From the NCBI GenBank assembly GCA_965261975.1, contig CBDHEC010000038.1:1-18090 (forward strand): 18,090 nucleotides of DNA. Direction: 5' to 3'. The translations under genes were made by a program, and so were the position numbers. Below the pieces are notes generated by a model. The model ran no database searches. It saw nothing but the letters and a program-made list of their open reading frames with translations, and was not told where the DNA came from. This DNA is from Alphaproteobacteria bacterium. GTDB taxonomy: Bacteria > Pseudomonadota > Alphaproteobacteria > UBA6615. Positions 10,456 through 18,090 of this stretch are shown here, piece by piece; position 1 is the stretch's first letter, and each line of letters begins with the position of its first letter.

Positions 10456-11541
10456 GTGTCCGGTGATGTAACTGTGCGCGCTGCGGAATTGACGGCGCTG
10501 ATTTCCGAAATGGTTCGCCTTGGCGGGAGCCACGAAGACGAGTGCCGAATTGTCTCCGAGCACCTCGTGGGCGCGAACCTGGCGGGCCATGACAGCCATG
10601 GCGTCGGCATATTTCAGGCCTATGTGGACAACCTGCAACGCGGCCTCCTGGTGCCGAACATTTCGGCGCGCCGGTACCTCGATGAAGGCGTGTTTCTGCA
10701 ATATGACGGACAGAAGGGTTATGGCCAGAGCGTTGCGGCCGAAGTCACGGAGCATGCGATCACGCGTGCACGCGCGATCGGTATCTGCGTTGCGACCCTG
10801 AAAAACTCCCATCATATCGGGCGCGTCGGGACTTACGCGGAGATGGTTGCGGACGCTGGCTTTATTTCGATCCACTTCACCAATGTTACGGACCACCACA
10901 CGATGGTCGCTCCGTTCCGTGGCGCGGAATCCCGGTTCGGCACCAACCCGATCACGATGGCGATGCCGACGACTAACCCGGAGGAGCCCATCATTCTGGA
11001 TATGGCGACCAGCGTTGTGGCCATGGGCAAGATCAGGGTCGCACATGATTCAGGTGAAACCGTTCCCGAAGAATGGCTGATCGACGCCGATGGTCAGCCC
11101 AGCAGCGATCCGGGCGTCATGTTCAACGATCCATTGGGTGCTTTGCAGCCATTTGCCGAGCACAAGGGCTATGCCTTGTGTCTCATGGCCGAGCTGATGT
11201 CCGGGGCGCTGTCCGGTGGCGGGACGATCCAGCCCGGCAATGAACGGCTCGACGGGATCATCAACACGATGACCATGATCGTCATGGACCCCCATCGGCT
11301 CGGCGACGCGAATTTAATCGCGCAGGAAGTCGACGCGATGGTCGATTACACCAAAAGCGCGCGGCCGGCCGATCCCGAAAAACCGGTTCTGGTCCCGGGT
11401 GACCCGGAGCGTATTGCCCGCAAGGAGCGCGGTGCCAAAGGTATCTTCATACCCGAAGGGACGTGGGTATTGCTGCTCGAGGCGGGTGAGAAGCTCGGTC
11501 TCGACCGCTCCAAGGCGCTGGAGATCGCTGGTCTCGCCTAG
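10456..11541 (+). CDS. hcxB: Ldh_2-family (malate/L-lactate/ureidoglycolate) dehydrogenase, HcxB/YbiC-like
   Basis: 361 aa, GTG start. ANLAGHDSHG, NSHHIGR, AGFISIHF, MVAPFRG.ESRFGTNP, LDMATS, FAEHKGYAL, GALSGG, VPGDPE follow E. coli YbiC/HcxB. Orthology is not proven. Confidence 0.85.
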   Translation: MSGDVTVRAAELTALISEMVRLGGSHEDECRIVSEHLVGANLAGHDSHGVGIFQAYVDNLQRGLLVPNISARRYLDEGVFLQYDGQKGYGQSVAAEVTEHAITRARAIGICVATLKNSHHIGRVGTYAEMVADAGFISIHFTNVTDHHTMVAPFRGAESRFGTNPITMAMPTTNPEEPIILDMATSVVAMGKIRVAHDSGETVPEEWLIDADGQPSSDPGVMFNDPLGALQPFAEHKGYALCLMAELMSGALSGGGTIQPGNERLDGIINTMTMIVMDPHRLGDANLIAQEVDAMVDYTKSARPADPEKPVLVPGDPERIARKERGAKGIFIPEGTWVLLLEAGEKLGLDRSKALEIAGLA

Positions 11542-12530
11542 CCGTCCCCGAGGATTTCGGTCAGGGGTATCGAGCGGCGTTCGTTCGACGATTTTGCCGC
11601 CGCGAGAACAACCGCCAGCGGCACCAGCCCATCCCGGCCGTCGATCTCGGGTTTTCGAGCCTCGGCAACGGCGTCGGCGAAATCCTCAAGCTCAACGAGC
11701 AAATGGTCGGCGGGCTCATATTCCAGCGGTGATGGCGCCGTCTCGCCGGTGCGCTGAATGCGCAGGCCGTCATTGTCCATGTCAAAGAAGGCATTGGCCT
11801 TCGTGCCGTGGACCGTGATCTCGAAACGGCGCGGCGAGATATAGTCCGCCGCGACATAGCCGACCGCGCCGGATTTGAACTGCATTAGCAGGGCGGTGAC
11901 GTCCTCGATCTCGGGTTCGGTCTCGAGCCGGTTGAAGTAGGCCGTGACCTCACCGGCATCACCCAGCAGATAGAGCAGATTGTCGATCTGGTGGATCCCT
12001 ATCTGCATCAGGCAGCCGCCCGGAATTTCGGCCGGGTCTGTCCGCCAGACACCGGGCTTGAGTTTCAGTCCATTGTCATTCGAGAACACCCCTTCGGCGA
12101 GGCTGACGCGGCCGAGTTCGCCGCTATCGATCAGGTGCTTCAGGTGACGTAGCGCGCCGTTCCGCCGGTACGAGTGTCCCACGGCAAGAACCACCCCCGC
12201 AGCCTCACACGCTGCGATCATGGCGCGGCCGTCGGCAATGGAGTTCGACACCGGCTTCTCGACGAAAACATGCTTGCCGGCCGCGGCTGCCGCTTCGGTG
12301 CCGGGCAGATGCGCCGAGTTGGGTGTCGTCAGGATGACCCCGTCGAGATCGTCGAGCGCGAGCATCGCCTCATAGGATGGGATTGCCTCGCAGCCGAACT
12401 CCTCGGCGAACTTCGCCACTTTGTCGGGCGAGCGGGAGTAGCCCGCGCGCAGTTCGAGCTTGTCGGATTTCGCAATGACCCCGGCCAGGACGTCCGACCA
12501 CCAGCCGATGCCGACGATGCCGACCCGCAT
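11538..12530 (-). CDS. Gfo/Idh/MocA-family NAD(P)-dependent oxidoreductase
   Basis: ATG at 12530 overlaps the upstream TGA (TGATG coupling). VGIVGIGWW, TPNSAH, AGKHVFVEKP, VGHSYR, GGCLMQIGIHQID. Confidence 0.9.
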   Translation of the reverse strand: MRVGIVGIGWWSDVLAGVIAKSDKLELRAGYSRSPDKVAKFAEEFGCEAIPSYEAMLALDDLDGVILTTPNSAHLPGTEAAAAAGKHVFVEKPVSNSIADGRAMIAACEAAGVVLAVGHSYRRNGALRHLKHLIDSGELGRVSLAEGVFSNDNGLKLKPGVWRTDPAEIPGGCLMQIGIHQIDNLLYLLGDAGEVTAYFNRLETEPEIEDVTALLMQFKSGAVGYVAADYISPRRFEITVHGTKANAFFDMDNDGLRIQRTGETAPSPLEYEPADHLLVELEDFADAVAEARKPEIDGRDGLVPLAVVLAAAKSSNERRSIPLTEILGDG

Positions 12531-13339
12531 CAGATCTTGTCTTCCCATTTGGCAAGGAAGGGGCCAACGATCCCGGCCCACTGCTCGGGATGGCGACGGT
12601 ACGAGTAGTGCCCGCCTTCCTCGACGAGGACGAGCTCCGATCCTTCGATGGCCTCATGCAGGTCTTCGGAAAAATAGAAGGGGACGGTCGCGTCGTCGCG
12701 CGTGCCGACGATCAGCGACGGGTTCTTGATCTGGGTGATCTCGCTCAGCCGATCATGGTTGAGAGTCATGTCGATGCGCGCGGCCAGAATCTCCGGCTCG
12801 GCGATCGTATCCAGCGAGCGTTGCTCCAGCTCCATGACCTTGTCGAGGTTGTGTCGGAACTGCATGCAGCCGTTGGTGAACAGCGAGCTGACCCGGACAT
12901 AGGCTTCTTTGCCTTCGGCCAGGGCGATCTCGCGGCGGGCTGTCTGCACGCGGCGGATATACTCGTCCGCCTTGGTCCAAGTGTTCGAGAAAATGCAGCA
13001 GCGGAATCGGTCGGGATGGTCGATGGCGAGATTCTGAAGGATTGCCCCGCCGGTCGAGGTGCCGAGTACATGGGCCTTTTCGATATCGAGCGTGTCCATT
13101 AGCGCGATAACGTCATCGGCGATGTGCTGGGTCGAATAGCCATCGGGGCCGGGGAAATCGCTGTCGCCCGAGCCGCGATGGTCGAAGGAGATGCAGCGAT
13201 AGCGGTCGGAGAATATTTCGCGCTGATAATCCCAGCTGTTCATCACGCCGACGAGACCGGGAATGAAGATGAACGGCGGTCCATCGCCTTTCTGGTCTAC
13301 GTTGAGCGTGATTCGTCCGACATCGATTCTTTCGGCCAT
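12530..13339 (-). CDS. Alpha/beta hydrolase (RutD/enol-lactone hydrolase-like)
   Basis: 269 aa. FIPGL, FDHRGSGDS, GTSTGG elbow, GTRDD, GGH. AAGGA upstream. Confidence 0.88.
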   Translation of the reverse strand: MAERIDVGRITLNVDQKGDGPPFIFIPGLVGVMNSWDYQREIFSDRYRCISFDHRGSGDSDFPGPDGYSTQHIADDVIALMDTLDIEKAHVLGTSTGGAILQNLAIDHPDRFRCCIFSNTWTKADEYIRRVQTARREIALAEGKEAYVRVSSLFTNGCMQFRHNLDKVMELEQRSLDTIAEPEILAARIDMTLNHDRLSEITQIKNPSLIVGTRDDATVPFYFSEDLHEAIEGSELVLVEEGGHYSYRRHPEQWAGIVGPFLAKWEDKI

Positions 13340-13485
13340 TCTCTAATTCCTTTTGTGTTTCCCTGGCGCGTGACCCGGTTCTGCGCGGGCACGCCAGTTG
13401 CGCGCGGAGTTTCTCACACACCACGTCTTGCCACACACGTGTTCAGAGCGAATGGCACTTGCGACAAATATTCACGATTGACCGG

Positions 13486-14688
13486 CTAGATGGCGCCGGC
13501 TTCGCGAAGCGCCTCGATTTCGTCCTTGGACTTGCCCAGCGCGGTCAGCACTTCGTCCGTGTGCTCACCCAGGGTGGGCGGCGCACGGCGGACGGCGGCG
13601 GCCGTGTCGGAGAACCGGAACGGTATACCCGGCAGGGTGATCATGCCTTCAGTCGAATGCTCCGCCCGGGTGACAAGTTCCCGCGCGATCGTGTGGTCCG
13701 CTGTCAGCGCCTGTTCCACCGTGTTGATCGGGGCACAGGAGACCTTGGCGGCCAGCAGTTTCTCGATCCACTTCTCGGTATCGTCGGTGCGAAAGAGGTC
13801 AGAGATCATGCCATCGCACGCGCCACGATTTTCGACCCGGTCGCGGTTGCGGGCGAATTTCTCGTCGTCGGCCCATTCGGGTTTGCCCACCGCCTCGCAG
13901 AAGGTCCGGAACTGGCCGTCATTGCCGACCGACAATGCGATCATGCCGTCGCGTGTCGGGTAGGCGTTATAAGGCACGATATTGGGATGGCCGTTTCCGT
14001 AACGTCCGGCAGGGTTGCCCGACGCCAGAAAATTCGCCGCCACATTGGCCAGCAGGGACACACCGGTATCGTAGAGCGAGACCTCGACATACTGACCCTT
14101 GCCGGTGCGATGGCGTGCCTGCAGCGCGGCCAGGATGGACGACAGGGCATACATGCCCGTGCCGATATCGACGATCGCCACACCGAGCTTCATGGGATCG
14201 CCATCAGCTTCACCGGTGATGCTCATCAGCCCGCTCTCGGCCTGGAGCAGGAAGTCGTAGCCGGGCAGGCCCGCGCGCGGGCCGGTCGAGCCATAACCGA
14301 GGATCGAGGCACGCACGATCTGGGGTGCGTTCGCCTCGAACCAGGCATCGTCGAACCCGAACCGGGCCAGCGTGCCGAGCTTGAAGTTGTCGATCACGAC
14401 ATCCGCGTCCGACAGCAGTTCAGCCAGGACCTCGCGCGCCGCGGGCTCTTTCAGGTTGAGCGTGATGCCGCGCTTGTTGCGGTTCACGCCAAGATAATAG
14501 GCGGATTCCTCACCCACAAAGGGCGGTCCCCAGGCGCGGGTATCGTCGCCGCGCCCGGGCTGCTCCACCTTGATCACGTCGGCCCCCATGTCGCCCAGCG
14601 ACATGGCGCAGAAGGGCCCGGCGAGGACCCGGGTCAGATCGATGACCCGGATTCCGTCCAGTGCCCCTTGGTCTGCCGTCTCGGACAT
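13486..14688 (-). CDS. Family III (CaiB/BaiF) CoA-transferase
   Basis: Start at ATG 14688 (MSETADQGALDGIRVIDLTRVLAGP). GADVIKVE, GDDTR, NRNKRGITLNLK, GYD...QAESGLMSITG, putative catalytic Asp in VAIVDIGTG, PTLGEHT. Confidence 0.95.
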   Translation of the reverse strand: MSETADQGALDGIRVIDLTRVLAGPFCAMSLGDMGADVIKVEQPGRGDDTRAWGPPFVGEESAYYLGVNRNKRGITLNLKEPAAREVLAELLSDADVVIDNFKLGTLARFGFDDAWFEANAPQIVRASILGYGSTGPRAGLPGYDFLLQAESGLMSITGEADGDPMKLGVAIVDIGTGMYALSSILAALQARHRTGKGQYVEVSLYDTGVSLLANVAANFLASGNPAGRYGNGHPNIVPYNAYPTRDGMIALSVGNDGQFRTFCEAVGKPEWADDEKFARNRDRVENRGACDGMISDLFRTDDTEKWIEKLLAAKVSCAPINTVEQALTADHTIARELVTRAEHSTEGMITLPGIPFRFSDTAAAVRRAPPTLGEHTDEVLTALGKSKDEIEALREAGAI

Positions 14689-14696
14689 GTTGCCGC

Positions 14697-15572
14697 TCAG
14701 CCCTTCTTGAGCTGGTTGCGATCGTTGTTCAGGTCGTCGAGATACTGATCGACGATTTCCTTGTTGCGCATGCGGAACTGCATGAAGTCCGGCTTGCGCT
14801 TGTCGAGGAAGGCCTGCATGCCCTCGAGCGATTCCTCGCTGCCCCACACATGTGCCAGCAGCTCCATGCCGTGCTGCCACGACGCGTAAAGCTGATCGGA
14901 CTCGTGGTTCAGCGACTTCTTGGTCATGCGTATCGTCTGGCCGCTATGACCCTTGATCGTCTCGCACCACTTGACCGTTTCCTCGAGCAGGTCGTCATGG
15001 GGCACCACTTTGTTGATCAGGCCGATATTTACCGCTTCATCGGCCGTGAAGGTGCGGGCCAGGAAGATCATCTCACGAGCCAGCCGCTCACCGATGATGC
15101 GCGGGATGTACTGGGTCGCGCCGACGGTCGGGCAGGCGGCAACCTTGGCGCCGGACTGTCCGAAGTGGGCGCGATCCGACGCGATCACCAGGTCGCACCA
15201 CAAGGCCAGTTCATGTCCACCGCCCATGCACCAGCCATTGACCATGGCGATGACGGGGATGGGCAGACCGCGGATGGTCATTGCTGTACCGAGCATCCGG
15301 TCGTTCCAGTGATAGGCGTTGGTGAAGTTCAGCTTCATCATCGCGCCGAAGTCGCCGCCGGCAGAGAAGGACTTGTCGCCCGCACCCGTGACGACCGCGC
15401 ATGCGATCGAGGCGTCGTTGCGGGTCGACTTAAAGGCATGGATCAGTTCATCCAGCGTCTGCTCGCGAAAGGCGTTGCGCGAATTGGGACGGTTGATCGT
15501 GACCCAGGCGACATTGTCTTTGACCTCGAAGAGGATGTCTTCGAAGTCGTCCGACGTGGGCAAATTGGACAT
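14697..15572 (-). CDS. Crotonase-superfamily enzyme related to MenB/BadI/Oah (putative beta-ketoacyl-CoA C-C hydrolase)
   Basis: 291 aa. INRP..RNAF, FSAGGD, PVIAMVNGWCMGGGHEL, FGQSGAKV, GERLAREMIFL, GLINKVVP, EG..AFLDKRKPDF. GAGGGGAG upstream. Confidence 0.85.
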   Translation of the reverse strand: MSNLPTSDDFEDILFEVKDNVAWVTINRPNSRNAFREQTLDELIHAFKSTRNDASIACAVVTGAGDKSFSAGGDFGAMMKLNFTNAYHWNDRMLGTAMTIRGLPIPVIAMVNGWCMGGGHELALWCDLVIASDRAHFGQSGAKVAACPTVGATQYIPRIIGERLAREMIFLARTFTADEAVNIGLINKVVPHDDLLEETVKWCETIKGHSGQTIRMTKKSLNHESDQLYASWQHGMELLAHVWGSEESLEGMQAFLDKRKPDFMQFRMRNKEIVDQYLDDLNNDRNQLKKG

Positions 15573-15666
15573 GGTTGGCTCCCCTCAATATCCGTTTTCT
15601 GTTTCCCTAATCGGTCTGCACCGCACGCGCAACGAATGAAGCGTCCACAGATGCGGCACTGGCCGG

Positions 15667-15680
15667 TTTGTCCGGACATA
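15667..15680. promoter_or_regulatory. Palindromic candidate operator TTTGTCCGGACATA in the divergent promoter region
   Basis: Perfect 10-bp palindrome TGTCCGGACA at 15669-15678, almost midway between the ATGs at 15572 and 15773, followed by AT-rich TATATA. Confidence 0.5.
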
Positions 15681-15772
15681 TATACAGTCGCGCGAATATC
15701 GACAATCACAACGGTCGCCTTTGCGAACAGGGTGGTTTGTCGAACGAAAACGACACTGCGAAACGGGACATT

Positions 15773-16702
15773 ATGAACGACAAGGCACCTATTCAATCGG
15801 TATTGATCGTCGGCTATGGCGTGATGGGTAAAGGGGTTTCGGCGACCTTCGCGGCCGCGGGTTTCGATACCATGATCAAGAGCAGCCGTGCGGCCGAGCT
15901 CGACGATCTGCCGCCGGGCGTATCGGCGAGCGCTGATTTTCCCGCCGACGCGCCGGATCTGGTGATCGAGTTCGTGCCGGAGGATGTGGCGATCAAGCAG
16001 CAGGTCTTTGCCGGAATCGAGGCGGCCTGGCCGGACGATGACGTCATCATCGCCACCGGCACGTCGGGCATGTCGCTTGAAACGTTGGCCGAAACGCTGG
16101 CGAAACCGGAACTCTTTACCGGCATCCACTATTTCATGCCGGCGGACACGACCGCCGTCGCCGAGGTGATGGCCGGACCGGGAGCCCCGGCGCAGGTTGT
16201 GGACGCCGTCGCCGACGCCGTGCGCCGCACCGGCAAGGAGATCGTGACCCTCTACAAGCCGATTGTCGGGTTCCTGATCAACCGCCTGCAGCACATCATT
16301 CTCCACGAGGCCTACTATCTCGTCGAGGAAGGGGTGGCGACGCCGGCGGATATCGATATGGCGGCTCGCAAGATGCTGGCGCCGCGGATGTGCCTGAACG
16401 GCCTGATTGAACAGAAAGACACCTCGGGCCTAGAGATTCATGCGCTGGCGCAGAGTTCGATCGTGCCGGAGCTGCATTCGGTGGATACGCCCAACCCGCT
16501 GATTCAGGACATGGTCGCGCGCGGTGAAGTCGGCCTGTCGGCCGGCAAGGGGTTCTATGATTGGGATGGCTGCGATGTGGATCTCGTTCGAAAGCAGTCG
16601 TCAGAACGCTTGCGTAAGCTCTCAACATTCCTCGATGATGAGGTTTCGGAATACGCACCGGGGACGAAGCCGAAGGCACGTGAGCTGAAACGCGGTCGTT
16701 AG
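15773..16702 (+). CDS. 3-hydroxyacyl-CoA dehydrogenase-family protein (divergent)
   Basis: Start at ATG 15773. VGYGVMG, DLVIEFVPED..IKQQVF, TGTSGM, GIHYFMPA, GFLINRLQ, ATPADID, G..AGKGFYDW. Confidence 0.88.
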   Translation: MNDKAPIQSVLIVGYGVMGKGVSATFAAAGFDTMIKSSRAAELDDLPPGVSASADFPADAPDLVIEFVPEDVAIKQQVFAGIEAAWPDDDVIIATGTSGMSLETLAETLAKPELFTGIHYFMPADTTAVAEVMAGPGAPAQVVDAVADAVRRTGKEIVTLYKPIVGFLINRLQHIILHEAYYLVEEGVATPADIDMAARKMLAPRMCLNGLIEQKDTSGLEIHALAQSSIVPELHSVDTPNPLIQDMVARGEVGLSAGKGFYDWDGCDVDLVRKQSSERLRKLSTFLDDEVSEYAPGTKPKARELKRGR

Positions 16703-16742
16703 GCTTGCTGGGACCGGATAAAGAACGGAACGGAGAAAGAAG

Positions 16743-17837
16743 ATGAAGATCACCAAAATCGAAGCCATCGCTGCGGATTTGCCGCTTGTTCGCCCGTTCA
16801 AGATGTCGGGTGTCGAAATTTCCGTTTCGGAGAATGTATTTGCCCGCATCGAAACCGATGACGGGCTGGTCGGTTGGGGAGAGGCTTCGTCCTCGCCCTC
16901 GATGACGGGCGAGACCGCCGAGAGCATGGTGGCGGCAGTTAATTTCCTGGCCCCGTTCATCGAAGGACGCGACCCCTCGGCATTTGCCGAGAACCTCGCG
17001 GAAATGGACTGGCGGATGTATGGCAATGCCAGCGCCAAGACCTTGATCGAAATGGCCTGTTACGACCTGGCCGGCAAGGCGCAGCAGAAGACCGTCGCGG
17101 AGCTGCTGGGCGGTGTTCGGCGCACCGAAGTGCCGGTTTTGTCCATGCTGGCGACGGGAAATATCGAGGTCGATGTGGCCGAGGCGGGCGAGCGTGCGGC
17201 TGCGGGCGTCAGCCACATGAAGATCAAGGTCGGCGGCAAGCCGGTCGAAGAGGACATCGAACGCACCCTGGCCATCCGCAAGGCCGTGAATGGTGGTGTT
17301 CAGCTTTCGGCAGACTGTAACCAGGGCTGGACCCGCGCAGAGGCCCTCGAATTTGCGGCCGGGGCGAGCGAGGCGCTGGATTTCCTGGAGCAGCCGGTCA
17401 TGGGACATGACGTCGAGAGTATGGCGGCGATTGCTGCGGCCTCGGCGTGCCCGATCGGCGCCGATGAAGGTCTTCACAGCTTTGGCGACGTCCGCAAACA
17501 CCACGAAATGGGCGCCGCACAGGGTGGCAGCATCAAGATGATCAAGCTGGGTGGGGTAACGCGTGCCCATGAGGCGACGAAGCTTTTTGACGAGTTGGGG
17601 ATGCACGTCAATCTGGCCGGCAAGATTGCCGAATCCAGTGTCTCAAGCGCGGCAGTGCTCCATCTTGGGGCCGCGGCGCCGTCAATCGAGTGGGGCACCA
17701 GCTGCACCTGTCAGTTCCTGAAAGCCGACGTCGTGCGCAATCCCGTGCAGGTTATTGATGGGACCGCAGGTGTGCCGACCGGGGCCGGCCTCGGCATCGA
17801 TGTCGATGAGGACGCGCTGTCCGAATTTACCCGCTAG
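16743..17837 (+). CDS. Enolase-superfamily enzyme, muconate-lactonising-enzyme (MLE) subgroup (epimerase/racemase/cycloisomerase)
   Basis: 364 aa. GWGEA, KxK motif MKIKVG, metal ligands in ADCNQGW, LEQP and ADEG, opposite Lys in IKMIKLGG, GAGLGIDVD. GGAG upstream. Confidence 0.92.
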   Translation: MKITKIEAIAADLPLVRPFKMSGVEISVSENVFARIETDDGLVGWGEASSSPSMTGETAESMVAAVNFLAPFIEGRDPSAFAENLAEMDWRMYGNASAKTLIEMACYDLAGKAQQKTVAELLGGVRRTEVPVLSMLATGNIEVDVAEAGERAAAGVSHMKIKVGGKPVEEDIERTLAIRKAVNGGVQLSADCNQGWTRAEALEFAAGASEALDFLEQPVMGHDVESMAAIAAASACPIGADEGLHSFGDVRKHHEMGAAQGGSIKMIKLGGVTRAHEATKLFDELGMHVNLAGKIAESSVSSAAVLHLGAAAPSIEWGTSCTCQFLKADVVRNPVQVIDGTAGVPTGAGLGIDVDEDALSEFTR

Positions 17838-17846
17838 GTCTTCGCC

Positions 17847-18089
17847 TTACTGGGGGTTCCAGTCCCGCGAGAGTTCCAGCGAATACACGAACCTGTCTTC
17901 CGGGTGGACGCTCACGGTCATCTCGAACACGCGCCCATCCTGGCTCTTGTAACGGCGATTGATCGTCATGGCGGCCGTGTTGGGTTCCACTTCCAGGCGT
18001 TCGGCAAGGTGCGGGTCGATGCGGCTGGCAAACATTTCGAGCTGCGCGTTCGCGATGACTTCGCTGTGGGCGCTTTCGATGATTTTGTG
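17847..18089 (-). CDS. GntR-family (HutC-type) regulator, C-terminal UTRA domain; 5' part lies outside the window
   Basis: Frame open to the window edge: HKIIESAHSEVIANAQLEMFASRIDPHLAERLEVEPNTAAMTINRRYKSQDGRVFEMTVSVHPEDRFVYSLEL, a UTRA-like pattern (A..L.V..G/N.......R.Y....G...E...S.H..DRF.Y). The HTH is not visible. Confidence 0.75.
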   Translation of the reverse strand, partial: HKIIESAHSEVIANAQLEMFASRIDPHLAERLEVEPNTAAMTINRRYKSQDGRVFEMTVSVHPEDRFVYSLELSRDWNPQ

Positions 18090-18090
18090 T

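Noticed and set aside
13381-13400. Possible sigma54 promoter (TGGCGTGCCCGCGCA, minus strand) upstream of the hydrolase
   Set aside because: GG-to-GC spacing is 9 nt rather than the required 10, and the TTGC element is absent.
13415-13442. Short CACAC/CACGT direct repeat and ACACGTGT palindrome
   Set aside because: Too short and not repeated elsewhere in the window; cannot be distinguished from chance.
14697-15572. Annotation as menB with the MLE enzyme as menC (menaquinone synthesis)
   Set aside because: MenB's GSFD and C-terminal Tyr are not conserved, and no menD/E/F/H-type context is present.
13459-15776. Long plus-strand ORFs 13459..14748 and 14661..15776
   Set aside because: Antisense shadows of the CoA-transferase and crotonase genes, common in high-GC DNA; no recognisable motifs.
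15443-17606. Long minus-strand ORFs 15443..16306 and 16296..17606
   Set aside because: Antisense shadows of the dehydrogenase and MLE genes, with Arg/His-rich non-protein-like composition.

Overview
High-GC bacterial DNA, probably alphaproteobacterial judging by gene content and codon style (inference), densely packed with about 17 metabolic and regulatory genes. No rRNA, tRNA, CRISPR array or mobile element was seen. Left part: the tail of a rut-like pyrimidine-utilisation unit (RutD-like hydrolase, RutC); a frameshifted EamA/DMT transporter divergent from a class IV PLP enzyme plus 3-hydroxyanthranilate 3,4-dioxygenase; a single-domain response regulator convergent with a large TM-PAS3-GAF-PAS histidine kinase interrupted by two in-frame stops; a cytoplasmic BisC-like Mo-bisPGD S/N-oxide reductase divergent from a frameshifted atypical SDR and an HcxB-like dehydrogenase. 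Right part (11.5-18.1 kb): the best candidate for an uncharacterised system. It is a divergent cluster of a MenB/BadI/Oah-like crotonase, family III CoA-transferase, alpha/beta hydrolase and Gfo/Idh/MocA oxidoreductase on one side and an unusual 3-hydroxyacyl-CoA dehydrogenase and MLE-type enolase-superfamily enzyme on the other, with a GntR/UTRA regulator and a perfect TGTCCGGACA palindrome between the arms. This suggests a CoA-dependent ring-opening catabolic pathway for an unknown substrate. Three disrupted reading frames may be sequencing or assembly errors rather than real pseudogenes. All family calls come from motif recognition, not database searches.
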